NCBI GenBank assembly: GCA_012295275.1
Contig: CM022665.1
Span: 41,168,001 to 41,232,000, forward strand
Length of the DNA stretch: 64,000 nt
Source: Chrysomallon squamiferum
Taxonomy: Eukaryota; Animalia; Mollusca
Direction of reading: 5' to 3'
The notes under the pieces are model-generated. The model saw only the letters and a program-made list of their open reading frames with translations, searched no databases and was not told where the DNA came from. Positions 28,339 through 42,275 of the stretch are shown piece by piece. The stretch's first letter is position 1. The number at the start of each line of letters is the position of its first letter. The translations under genes and the position numbers were made by a program.

Positions 28339-29137
28339 TAGTTTTTATTTTGTGTCCAAGAATATGATATATTAATCGGTAAATAGAAGAAAGAAAAGAT
28401 AATTCATACATCTTGATATTCTTCCAATGAAAATAGTAAAAAAAAAAAAAAAAAAAAAAGAAAGGAGCTTCATGAGAAGGGTGATTTTTTTTTTGTGGAT
28501 TTTTTTTCATAAGAGCATCAGCACCAAGAAGATCATAAAATGTCAGAAACATTTGTATACTTGAGAAAATCACGGATGATCTTTGATAACGGCGCCATTA
28601 AGCTTGAATGATCATCACAACACTTGTGTTGATGTTGGCTCTTTGCCCAGTGTCAAACTCATAAACCTCTTACAAGCATCCAGTCTTTATTGCCAGAGCA
28701 ATATCATTTTATTTCATATCTCTGCCTTTGACATCTTAGACACTTTGAGTCTTGAATGTAGGCTTTGGTGTAAAGATACTGAGATTAATTGCCTACTGGT
28801 GTTCCTTTTGATAATTTTGATTAATAGGTTGTTGAAATGTAAGTAATAATAATAATAATAATAACAATAATAATAATAATGATAATAAAGATAATGATAA
28901 TGATAATGATGATGTGTGTGAGTGTCTGCATCTGTGTGAATATTTGCATGCTGGTCCATCTGGTAAATATAATTTTGTAACAAAGTTTTTAGATTCATAA
29001 TAATTTCATGGAAATAGAAGTTACATAACTGAAACTACATCCTGTTATACATGATTTCTAATTTAAGACTGCCTTTTTCTGTTCTTTTTCTTCTAATTTT
29101 AACAAGTTAATTAATTCTGAAGGTTTGTCTTGACTCA

Positions 29138-29175
<38 letters not shown>

Positions 29176-29436
29176 TGTTACAGAACTGATGGAGATCTCC
29201 ACATTTCTAGCTTGATAACATAAAATCTTCATTTGCATATTATGCAGATAAAACAGAATGGTTACAGTTTGTCAGAGACCAGAAGTTTTCATTGACAGAG
29301 AAAGAGAAATTGTGTTAAATACGTGCTAACTTGTTTTATTATATTTATTTATGTGACAGAAACTGCAGAAACTAGGAAATTCACATTTTATTCTCTCTCA
29401 TTAGTAATTGCTGGAATTTGTCCTAAATCTTGTGAG

Positions 29437-29481
<45 letters not shown>

Positions 29482-31883
29482 CTTTTTATTATTTTAACAT
29501 TTTTGGGAAGGAGGGTTGTTGGCACATAATACTGATTCAAACCTTAATAAAAATGTTATTTTCTTTTTTTTTTTTTTTTTTTTTTAAATTATTATATCTT
29601 GTTTAAGAAGAAGAATTTTAATCATTTTTGTTAATATTAAGCAGAGAGCAAAAACTTTGTTTTTTTCTTAGTGTAGTGATAAGAGCTAATGCATAGGTCA
29701 CATCTAGTTTAAGTGTTATAACTATAGTCATGGATGAACTTATTTAAAACTTTGATAAAAATGAATTATTTCATCATATACACATAAACAAAAATATGGT
29801 TACGGATGACAGTCAGTCATTCTGGCCTGTATTTGTACAGTGACCAGCATAGAGACCTGCATTAGTATAGTACCTAAGTGACTGGCCTACAAAGCAAGTA
29901 CCTATACTTGTAATCCCATGTCCTTATTTTAATATTCTTTAAATCATTATCTTTGACTCTCAACAGGTTACATAATTTCTTGTGCTGGAGAATCATTAAG
30001 TGTTTATTCATTCATTCAATTCAGAAAGGCTTAAACAACAGGAAGAAAGCCAGTTTTTTTTTAAATTTATTTATTTATTTATTTTTTTAATTTTTTTTTT
30101 AGGTTTTTTTCCTGTTGTGAGATTTTGATTTTTAGGTTTGAGATTATAGTATAATTATTAAAAAAATACTAACCTGTGTAATTTTTTTCAAGCTCTAACT
30201 GTATCTATATGAGTATTTGTATAATTTAGTGCTCCAGTGCATGTGTGTGTATGTGTATGACTGTATATATGATATCTTGTCTTTAATCATTTAATCTCGA
30301 GAAAATGATATTATCAGCAAAAATATATATGAGATGGACTTTACAGGGCTTGGGTTAATGACTAGTAAATGACATACTGCCATTTTGAAACAGGAAATAA
30401 TCAAAGCTATCTTAATAGTGCCATCAGTATTCTTCTCTTGATTCAAAAGTATTTAAAATAAAATGGAATTCATGCTGCAAGAAAATATTAAATAGTTGCA
30501 ATAACGTAATTAAAATAACTGAGACAGTGAGAAAGATGCTATTATTTTAAATTAGTCATTTAAAACAAAATGTCATTTGGTGTTATTGGTGTGTCTAGTG
30601 AATATAATTTTGTAACAAAGTTTCTAAATTAAAATACCTTGGTGATATTAGAAGAAGACACATAACTATAACTAAAATAACATAATGCTGTTATACAAGG
30701 TTTCTAATTTAGGACTGTTTGCTTTTTAATTGATTGATTCTGATGGATTAGCTTTCTGGTTGAATCTAGTTCTGTTTTAAATGAGTTCATTGATTCTAAC
30801 TCATGACAGAAAAAGCAAAAGTAAAAAAAAAAAAATAATGTATTTATTTATTTTCTAAATTATGTATCAAATATAAATATATCCTTTTACACAATTTGTT
30901 TTTACATTTTGATTTGAATTTTATTATTTTTAATTTTACCATGTTTAGTTTTATTTTATTTAAATATTTCCTTATTTAATTATCATTGATTTTCTGTTTC
31001 GTTATTTTAACCGTTTGAACCCAAGCAATTAATATTTTTATCATCATGTGCTGTTCACATGTTGTTTTTATTAATAATGCCATGCTCATTAGATATTCAT
31101 CCAAGTAGTTTGCAGAGACTAAATATTTCAATTTTTATACATTTTGCCTAGGGGGCTATGTCTATGGGATACATAGGTTTATGTGGAAGATCTGGGTTCA
31201 AAGGGTTAAAATAAAATAAAATAAAATAAAAAGAAAACCTCCAGAAGATTTAATTAATGAAGGACTGAAGAAGCTTTTTCTTCTCCAGTTTCAATATATA
31301 TTTTTCAAAACCTTATTTTCTTTTTTTTTTAATTCAGATTTCTTGGCCACACTGGGCTTAGGTCTTCTGATCATGATCGTAGCAGAAAGCCCATCAATGT
31401 TTCAGGAATGGACTGTACAGACAATCAACTGGTGTCACCAGAGAGGTTTTCCAGACTGCAAGACTGCCATCTTTGATTTCTTCACTGGGCGTTACCTTGC
31501 ACCACAGTGCTGCACTGTAGGGTGGGAATGGGATGAATTTGCCACCGTTGGAAGAACTGTAGCTTTCACTATAAGGGTGAGTGTTTTTAATTTAGAAATG
31601 TTTTTGATTTTTGTTTTCTGTATGTGTGTGTGTATGTATGTATGTATGTATGTAGTGTATGTATGTATGTATGTATGTAGTGTATGTATGTAGTGTATAT
31701 AGAGTATATAGTGTAGAGAGAGAGAGAGAGAGAATCAAATTTCTCTATCACAGCCACTCAAGAGATGAAGCAAAAGAGGTTCCATAGGCATGTCATTGTC
31801 ACTGAGTTAAAACATAAAATAAAAAGCACTATGGATGGATCAAAATGGCTGTGATATTGAAGTGATCATTAAAGTATATTTGA

Positions 31884-31934
<51 letters not shown>

Positions 31935-32667
31935 ACACACACACACACACACAGACACACACACACATTTTATTTTCTTGTAATTATGTGATTAAACAGG
32001 CAGGTTTGGGTTGCCTTCTTAGTGTCATTCTGTTGGATGAAAAAATTTACAACTGTCAGCATGATCAAACCAAAGAATATTTCTCTAACTGCAAAGCAGA
32101 GAGTCTTGATATTTATTAATCATCCACACTCAAATGAATAAGCAAAAACAGAATTAAAATAAATATCAAACAGGAGTCTCAAAACATATAAATATTTATT
32201 ACCAAACACATTAACTATATTTCTGTCATTTTGTTCTGCTGGAAAAAAAAACAAGCTAAAAACTTCAGCAATACAATTAGGAATCAAAACATCCAGTTGT
32301 AATATGATTTTGTGTATTTTCTATACAAAACAATGTCAACCATTGGGAAAAACAGAGAAGCCATTAATTACATCTCAGTGGTGGTTTAATATTTCTGCTT
32401 GACATATATTTGAGGTAATTAGTTTAATTTAACTGTGGACTCCGAATTAGTATTTGCATCTAGAAATTTTGTATTTCTGTAAGATATCAAAATAAACAAA
32501 AGTCTGAATGTTTGCTGCGATGATTTTGCTGCAGTTTTATGGCAAAACTGGTCTGTGATATGGATTTCACAAAATATGACTGACATTTTCTTAATGTATG
32601 GTATATATATATGTGTGTGTGTACATATGTTATTTATAAAATGAAGTGAAAGAGTTATTTAATAAAA

Positions 32668-32727
<60 letters not shown>

Positions 32728-34450
32728 TAATAATAAAAAAAATAAATAAAAATAAAACAACCAATAAAGTTCATTGTTTAAGATTTGGCTGACACCAAAT
32801 CAATTAAACTGGCACTGGGTTCAAACAGTTAATATTAGTTACTTTTTTTATTTAAATTAATCCTTATGTATATTAAATATATTATTTATAAAGTGCAGTG
32901 AAAGATTTATTTAAACAAAAACATTAATGTTCATTGTTTGAAACCTTTGCCTTGCCTGCTTCAACCAATTAATTTATATTGGCACTGGGTTCATACAGAA
33001 TATTAATTACCATTTCTAGTTAAATAAATTTTTATGGAGACTGTTATTTATTGTTCTTATTTCAATTGATCGTTATATATTTATGAATTAGTTAAAGATT
33101 TATTTAAACAAAAACGGCCATTAACGACACAGACAAAGGTTTCAGACAGTAAACATTAATGGTATTAATGTTTTATTGTTTCAAACCTTTGTCTTGTCGG
33201 GTCTTCGGACACACGCTGACACAGGTTCAATCAAATCTTGGTGCTCTTGAGATTTTCGCAGTTTATTCCAATTCATTGATTCATTGATTAGAACAAAAGC
33301 CTGTTGTGCTTAGAGCAGTGCATCACCCAGAAAGATGCCAGGTTCTGAGAGGATGGAATCGCAAAGCTAACCTCAAAAACGGTAAAAGGTTGTGGAACAA
33401 AATGTCTACAAATAATACATGTAAATACTGTCTTTGAATTTCATATGAGAATGCTATGAACTTTTGATTAATAAAGTCATAGCGATCAGATTTCTCTCAT
33501 TTACCAGAATGCTCCATATTTTCGAAGACCTTATCCAGTGGGTTAGTGTCAGGGCTGTTGACAGACCATTCCATCACTGTTAATTAAGTAGTTTATTGGT
33601 GATCATTTTTTACTCTGTCTTCTGCTGTTTTATGCTGCTGTCATAATTAGTATTTCTTAAAAAGCCCATCCTGTAGCCATTTGCCATGCCAAAAAAAAAT
33701 GAATGTGATAAAATAAAACAAAATAAATAAAAAAAGTAATAATAAAATAAATCTGCTGTTTTATGCTGCTGTCATAATTATTATTTCTTAAGAAACCCAT
33801 TCTGTAGCCATTCCCAACAAAAAAAAAAATAATAATAATAAAAATAAAATAAAATAAATAAATAAAAAAGTAATAATAAAATAAATAGAAATAGTAAATA
33901 TACTAAATTAAAAATAACACAAATTCTTAATACTTATTAAATTTATTAGTAATATTTGCAAAAGATTTTGTTCTGAATATTGTGAATATTAGGCAAAAAT
34001 TATTTCCCCTTTAGATAGCTCTTTGACAGATCAGAAATTTAAAAGTTCACTTAGTTATAAGGCTTTATGGAAGAGTCCATTGTGACAATGTGACAAATTT
34101 ATAAATTTAAAAAAAAAAAAAAAATGAAAACATTAATAGCTAAAATATATTCATAGATCAAAAAGAAAAAAGGAAAAAGAAAATCAATATTTAATAAAAT
34201 TTTTTTTAAAAATGGCTGTTGTGTTATATATATATATGTGTGTGTAATAGTATATATATTTTTTTACATGGCCTGACTTTTAAACAGTATTGATTTTCAT
34301 CTTGTCTTCCTTCCTCACCGAGTTTCTTAGAAACAGTTTCTCAATGATTCATCACAGCTTTGAAGATTTGATAGTAGCTGACAAACAAAAAAAAAAAATA
34401 CCACCTTCTTTTAAAAACAAGTGATATAGTTTTTAGACCTGTCCTTAGAA

Positions 34451-34516
<66 letters not shown>

Positions 34517-35676
34517 AATAAATAAAAATGAGATTAATTTAGTAACCATTCAGTTATTAATCATTAATGTCAATGGCCATTCTTCTTTTTCTTTCTTTTT
34601 TCAATAAATGTAAATTGCTCCCTATAATAATATATATATATATATCACATAGCAGGGAAAAATAGACTATAGATATTTATCTTGTAATAGGGAATAAGAT
34701 TGGTATATATACTCAAATATAGTACTGAATGCCCTTCAGTAACGGATGTGTGACTACTGAGTTGTAGCCTATTTGCTCTTAATAAAGGTCTTATAATATG
34801 TGGGCTAAAATATAAAATTTGTTAATAAGACACATTTATCTTTATGTAAATGTAGCTAAAAATTGCTGAGTATGATTATCAGTAATACAGTGCTATGAAT
34901 AACTGAAAGACATTTTTGTGTTTAGAGTATAAAAAGAAATGCTGAAAAGCCAATGAATGTTTATATATATATTTTTTTTTTTGTTCTTCAAAACCACTTT
35001 TCATTCATTTAAACTATAAACTTTGATAAGTCATCAAAACTGACAATGAGCTCATCCTTGCCATATTTTTAATTTTTTCATTTCTTTTTTGTACAGATGT
35101 TTTATTATTATTTCTTTTTCTTTCCAGTTTTAAATATTAATTGATTATTTTACTTTGTTTTATTCTTTTATTTATTTCTGAATGAAGAAGCATGTTTAAT
35201 ACAAATAATAATAATAATTATAATAATAATAATAATAATTTTAGTAGTAATGATAGTGGTAATAGTAATAATAGTAGTAGAAGTTATATTGATAGTAGTA
35301 GCAGCAACAGTATTAATATTAGTAGCAGAAGTAGTAGTAGTGGTAATAAAAAGAACAAACAACAACAGCAATACCATCAACAACATAATAAAGATTAACT
35401 GTTCTAAAAAGTTACATTTCACACAATTTACATTTAACAGATAGTGAAGGTGTTATTAAAGGTTTTATCAAGAAGAAGTCTAATGTTAGATAAAACTAGC
35501 TTTATAAGCCAGATCTTGTTTTGGGTTTTTCTTTTTCTTTTTTTTCTTGGCATTCTGAAAATTCCAATCGCTATAAATTATAAAAAAAAAAAAAAAAAAA
35601 AAATGTAATAAAGGAATAAAAACATTAGGAAAGATTTCCAAAAAAAAGGTAGACAATTATTAACTTTTTGCATCAG

Positions 35677-35717
<41 letters not shown>

Positions 35718-36289
35718 ATTTATGTATTTATTTATTTTAATTTTATTTTATTATTATATGCATTTTTTTTTTTTTTAATTATTTTTATTACTAAAAAATT
35801 TTTGTAGTAGATAATAAACAAAATAATAATAATAAAAAAAAAAAGTGCAAGAAAGATCCATCAATAATTCATGACCCAGCTTCATTTATACAATTTCTTT
35901 TTAGTAATAACTGGATTTGTGTCTCCATCTTCGATTTGAATTTAATTAGATCTTTTTTTTCTTCTTCCTACTCGATCAATAAGTAACATAAAGTTATTAT
36001 CTTGAATATAGCTCCATGATGTTTTTGTTCATGGAATATCCAAAATGGTGGCATTTAGAGAAATGAGACGATTATAATTTTTGATGCAGTTATTATTATT
36101 ATTATTATTTTTTATTGTTTGTGATAGGATCGGCAAGACAATAAATTGTTCCTAAGAGTCATTTTATTACATGAAATATTTTCATCATTTAGATGTGGAG
36201 TGATATTTTTTTTTTTTTTTTTTGTTGTTTCGTAGAAACAAGTATTTCAGATTGTATCTACAGATCTTTTGGCTCTTTTTATGTGTGGA

Positions 36290-36384
<95 letters not shown>

Positions 36385-38101
36385 TTGTGCATGCGTGCAT
36401 GTGTGTGTGCATGCATGTGTGTGAAAGTGAAATAATTCTTTTTTAAGATACCTAAAAATTTAACTACAATACATTTTATCAAAATGTAATAATACCTTCC
36501 CCCTAAACTGTTTAAATTAAAAAAATTTCAAATAAATTTATAAATAAATAAATATTAAAAAAATAATAATAATAATAAATGCAAAGAGCTGATTATTAAA
36601 AAAGCTATATATTTAAAAAATCCAATTAAAAAAAAAAGTTTGTCATTATTTTATACTTTTTTCAATGTGTACAAATTTTTGAATATTTTGAATATAACTT
36701 ATAAGTAACCAAAAAAAAAAAAAAAAAAAAAAAACCACTCAAAATAACAAGTTAATAAAAAATAATAAAATACAGTAAAAAGTATTCCCAAAGAACCTTC
36801 TGTAAACAAAGGTCATGTTTCTGTGAATTCATAGGAAACTATTTCTCACTAATTTTACCATTTCTTTCACGAAAAGCTTAAGAATAATAAAATTATGACT
36901 TTTACAATGTGCAAACATTAAGGCAAACCTGTCTCCTGGGTTTGGAAAGCGAAATGTCATGTAGATCATTCTGAAGTTTGTAATGGCCAATATGGGATAG
37001 TTCTGATAAATAATTCAGGGTTTTCTCAGAGAATGGCAACAACTGGCATAGAAAGTAAAAACCATTATTTTTGGTCAAGCTATAGGTTATGCATATTTGT
37101 AGCCTTAAAGGTTATCTGGTGTCTCTGACACCATAAATGTTATGCATAGTGGAATTGCCATATTTATAGCTTACAAATACATTTATTCTGTTCCAGACTT
37201 AATAGCTAATAAAATATTACATGCTGTTATAGTTATTCTGTGTCTTTTAAAATGTATGATGTCTTTAGTAAAGTTTCTTCAGTTTTGTGCTCTAACGGAA
37301 ACAATATAGAGATTTGGCCAAAGAAACTGCAGAACCTAAAGTTTTTAATATTGAATTGAGAAGAACATGTGTGTATGTGTTTGTGTGTTTTTGTGTGTGT
37401 GTGTGTGTGTGTGTGTAAAGGGAAGTGTTAATAAATTAAACTTTTAAAAATCTATTTTTTTTAAATACAAATTTAGTGGGGTTTAGTTTTTAGATTTTTT
37501 TTAACATTTATGTGTTTAATTTATGGGTTGGTATTTTTTTTTTATTTTTTTTTTTTATCAGTTTTGATGGATATTTTTCAGAAAGATAAAAATGAAATAT
37601 AGTGGGAATGGAATTTGGATTTTATTATCATGTATCATGAAATTCTGAACATGAAACAGGGCATAATATAGCTTGGGTTAATAAAGCAAATCTCCAAGAG
37701 GAATTCTTTTATTTTTTTTTCCTCAGTCCCATGTTTTTATGTTATCATATCTTACATGGAAATATATACATATATATGTGTAGACACAGACAAACACACA
37801 TCACTAAACATACATTTTCTTGCACATTCATAGATGCATCAATTTTGCCAAGAAGTAATTGATTGATGCATATTTATTTTCATCATTAGGGAATAATTTA
37901 ATAGAAAAGTTACTCAATCTATAAGTTTATCAGATTTCTTATATTTTTATACATTTATTTTTCCATTTCTCACTTATGGTTACATGGGGAAAAGAGAAAA
38001 TGGCTGTCTTTCTCTTTCCATGTTGTGATATTTTACTATTAGAAATTGCTAGTTTTCATATTACATGTAGTTTTCATTATTATTATTGTTGTTGATATTG
38101 T

Positions 38102-38134
<33 letters not shown>

Positions 38135-41100
38135 GTTATTATTATATATAACTTTATTATTATGAGAGGTGTCTTTAATGATAGATCAATGATTTGGAAC
38201 TATACATAATGTGTTTAGAATTTTTTTTCAATTTAATATAGTTACTTTCTAATTTTATATATCACAAAGACCTTATTAACCTTCTAAATAGTCAGTTTTA
38301 TATAATTATATTGCTACATCTAAAACTCTTTTTGAACTTGACGTCAGATAGATATAGCACATTAATTTTAATATTATGTTTAATAATGTGATTTTGTATG
38401 ACCTGTTTTATGTTAGATTTATAATTTAAGTGTACTTTGTTAATTTTCAGTCTTGTTGCTTTATAATACTGATATTAAAAGATAAATAATAAAAAAATAA
38501 ATAAATCAATAAATCAATAAAAAAATAAATAATAAATAAAATCAGAAGTGTAGGGAAAAGCAGATGAAGACTGAGAAATACAAATCTGAGCAATTATCAT
38601 CTGAAAAAAGCCTGTTTACATTATTGTGAGAAAACTAAAAGGATTTCTTGACTGTCTAGCATAATGTACCCATTTTGTCTAACAAGAAAGATGATTAGGA
38701 ACATAAAATACATTTTCACTAAATAATCATATCAGTAATAACTATGACTGACAAAAAAACCACACCAAAAAGACCCCCATAAATAGTACTGTAGTAGAGC
38801 CCATGTATGGTGTAAAGTTATAAACTGTGCTTAGTACTAACAAATCACTTTGTGAAGCATTTCGACAATTTAAATCATTTTCATATTTACAACAAGCACT
38901 GTTTTTTATTTTTTTTTTTTTTTCAGTTTTATCAGAAAAACTGGAAGCCCTACCCCATCTCCAATGCAGACAGTGTTTTGGTTGAGATCATGCACCAAGG
39001 CGTGAAGGTTGCCACGACAATGGAGTACGGCAGTGTTGAACCCACGGACGCCAACATGGCCAGGGTTTCGTTCACGGTTCACCGGTCAGGAGAGTACAAA
39101 ATATCAGTGATGATTGGAGCGAGACACATCAGGGGAAGTCCTTTCTCCAAGTTCTTTGAACCAGGTATTTTACTGTATCTCACCTAAATAATTTTTTTTT
39201 ATTGATGATAGTTTTAAAGACAGTAAAGAACTGTGAGTGTATAAGGTTGTGTGTTTCCATCATTAATATAACTGAAAGAGTTGGCTGTAGCTTATCTGTA
39301 GAATGTTTGCTGAAGGTTCAGAAGGTTATAGGATCAGTTCTTCTCTGGGATTCTTTGGGTTTTGCCCATTCCAGACAGTGCTGTCTGACTGTGTGTGTAT
39401 GTTTATACTATGATGTGGGTGTTTGATGTTTAGAGGGAACAACAGAATGGGAACGCATGGTTTTGTTTCTTATTATTATCAAAAGATGAGATAATCTTTT
39501 CATCATCATAATTAAGTAAGAGATAGGTTTTACAAATGTTGTAACCAGCCAAAATATCAATTTAGTATTTATTTTTATTAATTTATTCTACTGTTTTTGG
39601 AAATGATAATTTTTGTATCGTTTTTTTTTTTTTTTCATTTTGTGTTGGTTAGGTGTTGTTCCTCGAATTTATTAATCTGTTGTATTTTTTTAAATTTATT
39701 TATTTCCAAACATATTCAGATCAGGCTGGATATTAAGTCTGAAATTTGAATTTTTTTTTTTTTTTCCCAGCAGTAAAACCAAAAAGAAAAAAAAAAAAAT
39801 AGATTTAATAATCTTTTTATATTCTTCAGAGAAAAATATTACAGTTCTTGCAGTAATCTGTTTCTTGCGTGCAACTTATTTTTTTTTATTTCTGGTCACT
39901 GCAGACTAGAAATTATTCTAATGCCAAAGCTCTGAATTGGAAAATTGAGGAGTTTTTTTTCTCTCTCTTTTTTATTTAGAAAACCATTCTAAAAATCTCC
40001 CCAGATAATTATTATTTTTGAAAGAGGTCTTCAAAAAAAAAAAAAAAAAAAAAAATGACTGATTCAGTCATTAGGCTTTCTTTCTGGCCACATATTTTTC
40101 ACTGGATTCTGACACACTGATATACTGGAGCTTATCTCAGTTTGTTAGTAACATTCAAAGTTTTTTTTTTTTTTTTTTTTTTTTTCATCAGCATATCACT
40201 ACAAACTGTGTTGCTGTAGTTCACAAAGTTCACAAGTATGAAACAAACAGTCCTAAATGTTAATGGTATTCAGAAAAAAAAAAAAAAAAACAACTTTTAT
40301 ATATTAATGGTCTCGGACTGCTTTGTCAGTTTGAATGAAATCTGCAGCACTCGAGTAAGTGAAAATGCATACACAATGCATAAACTTCACAAAGCTAATC
40401 CAACACTCAGTTGATCAGAGCTCATCAAAAGCAATCAGCGAAGTGCAGAATTTGTATTCATATCAATACCTCATTGAGAGGCGCAGCAACAATCGGACAG
40501 AGTCATCAATTCATGGTGCCACCCTCCTGAACTTTGCTTTCCCCCGATGAGGCAATTTGCTGTTTTTGCCACGTCTTGACTTTGCTATTGATTTTCCAAA
40601 ATAAATTTCATTTTGCAATTTGTGTTTACAGAAGCACTGTTGTGAGTATCATGCAGTTTTAGTTGTGTGGAAGTTTTTATTTTTTTTGTTTAAATTTTTT
40701 TTTCTGTTACCTGAGAATGCTGGATTTGGAATGTTTTCACATTGTTTCTAAAAGTTGCGTTGAAATGTCTGCAGCTGCTGTCTACCCATGCACGCTGAGT
40801 CCGGTGAAGTTTTGTCCTCCCGTAGGCAGACCCGGTTGCCGATGTATGTAAGCTTTCTAAGAATTGATTTTCAACTTAATTTTAACGAAAACTTGCTTTC
40901 TTTAGAATGGAGGTGTCGTTCATTGTAGCTTGTATTAAAATACTTCAGATAGGATTTTTCCTAAAACTTTTTAACTGATTCTTTGGGATTCTTTTGTTTT
41001 AATTATATTTGTGGAGGGTATTTTGGTTTTGTTGTTGTTGTTGTTATTGTTGTTTTTTTGTTTTGTTTTGTTGGGGTTTTTTCCACTCAAAATTTTGCAG

Positions 41101-41707
41101 AACAAAAATATTTTCTAGAAAAGATACAACTATTTACTTTTCATTTCCTAAAACCAATTTTAATCTTTTAAAAAAATAATTTTTATGTATATGATTAAAA
41201 TGAAATATACCTGTAATTTTTTGTAATAAGAATTAGGTAAAGGAATCCATTCATTAAAGTTTTAATCATTATTTAAATTTCATGTTAATTACAACAAAAA
41301 AAAAAAGAAAAAAGAAAAGGAAATTTAAAGTTCTTTTTGAATTGGCTACTATTCTAGAAAATACCACAAAACTATTTCATTCTTATTGAAATCTAACTAG
41401 TTTGAGCAGTGAATGAAATTATTTTGAAAACAATTTATAATAATAATGATAACTCAAGTCCAACATTTTGATCTTACTCTAGAAACAAGAATGACAACTG
41501 AAAGATTAAAATTAATATTGACTTCTTCAGAAATATTTTTTAAAAATGTTAATTTTTTACGTTTATTTACATTATGTTATATGAATTTTGTGATGGTAAT
41601 TTTTTGTATTTGATTTTTTTTGATAATCAAAAAAGTCAATCAATTTTTTAAAACCATTTTCTTAAGAAACAATAACTGTTTAATGTACAGTTTACAATGC
41701 CTTTAAC

Positions 41708-41745
<38 letters not shown>

Positions 41746-42172
41746 ACATAGATACATGCACTTTATAGTTAATTATAAGATTTACTAATCAGTATTGTTA
41801 ATATTGTCATAGTTTCAAATGTTTTCTTTTGTTGTGAAATAAAAGACAAAATGTTCATTTTGATTAACATCATTTAACATGATGAAAAAAGAGGGATGAT
41901 TTGAGATGCCATGCACCTTGATAAAATTGCATTCAAATGAAAACTGCTCTTATCCTATACATACTTAGTTAAAGATGACACAACATAACTGTTTCTGTTA
42001 ATAATGAAGACTACTGAACTGTTTCATTTACCCTTCTATAAAATCCTAACATAGCTGAACATTTCAACTTTCCAAAGTAATAATAACAACAACAATACTA
42101 GTAATGATAATAATAATAATAATAAAAATTAAAATAATAATAATAATAACAACAATAACAAAAATGTTATTA

Positions 42173-42206
<34 letters not shown>

Positions 42207-42244
42207 AATATATTCATTGTCAATGACATCAATGTGTGTGTGAT

Positions 42245-42275
<31 letters not shown>

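Noticed and set aside
35168-35444. Asn/Ser/Ile-rich ORFs
   Set aside because: (TAA/TAG)n microsatellite translations.
36185-36482. HT/CV repeat ORFs
   Set aside because: (TG)n microsatellite.
39281-39360. tRNA gene
   Set aside because: Only degenerate A/B boxes with no cloverleaf; treated as a SINE head.
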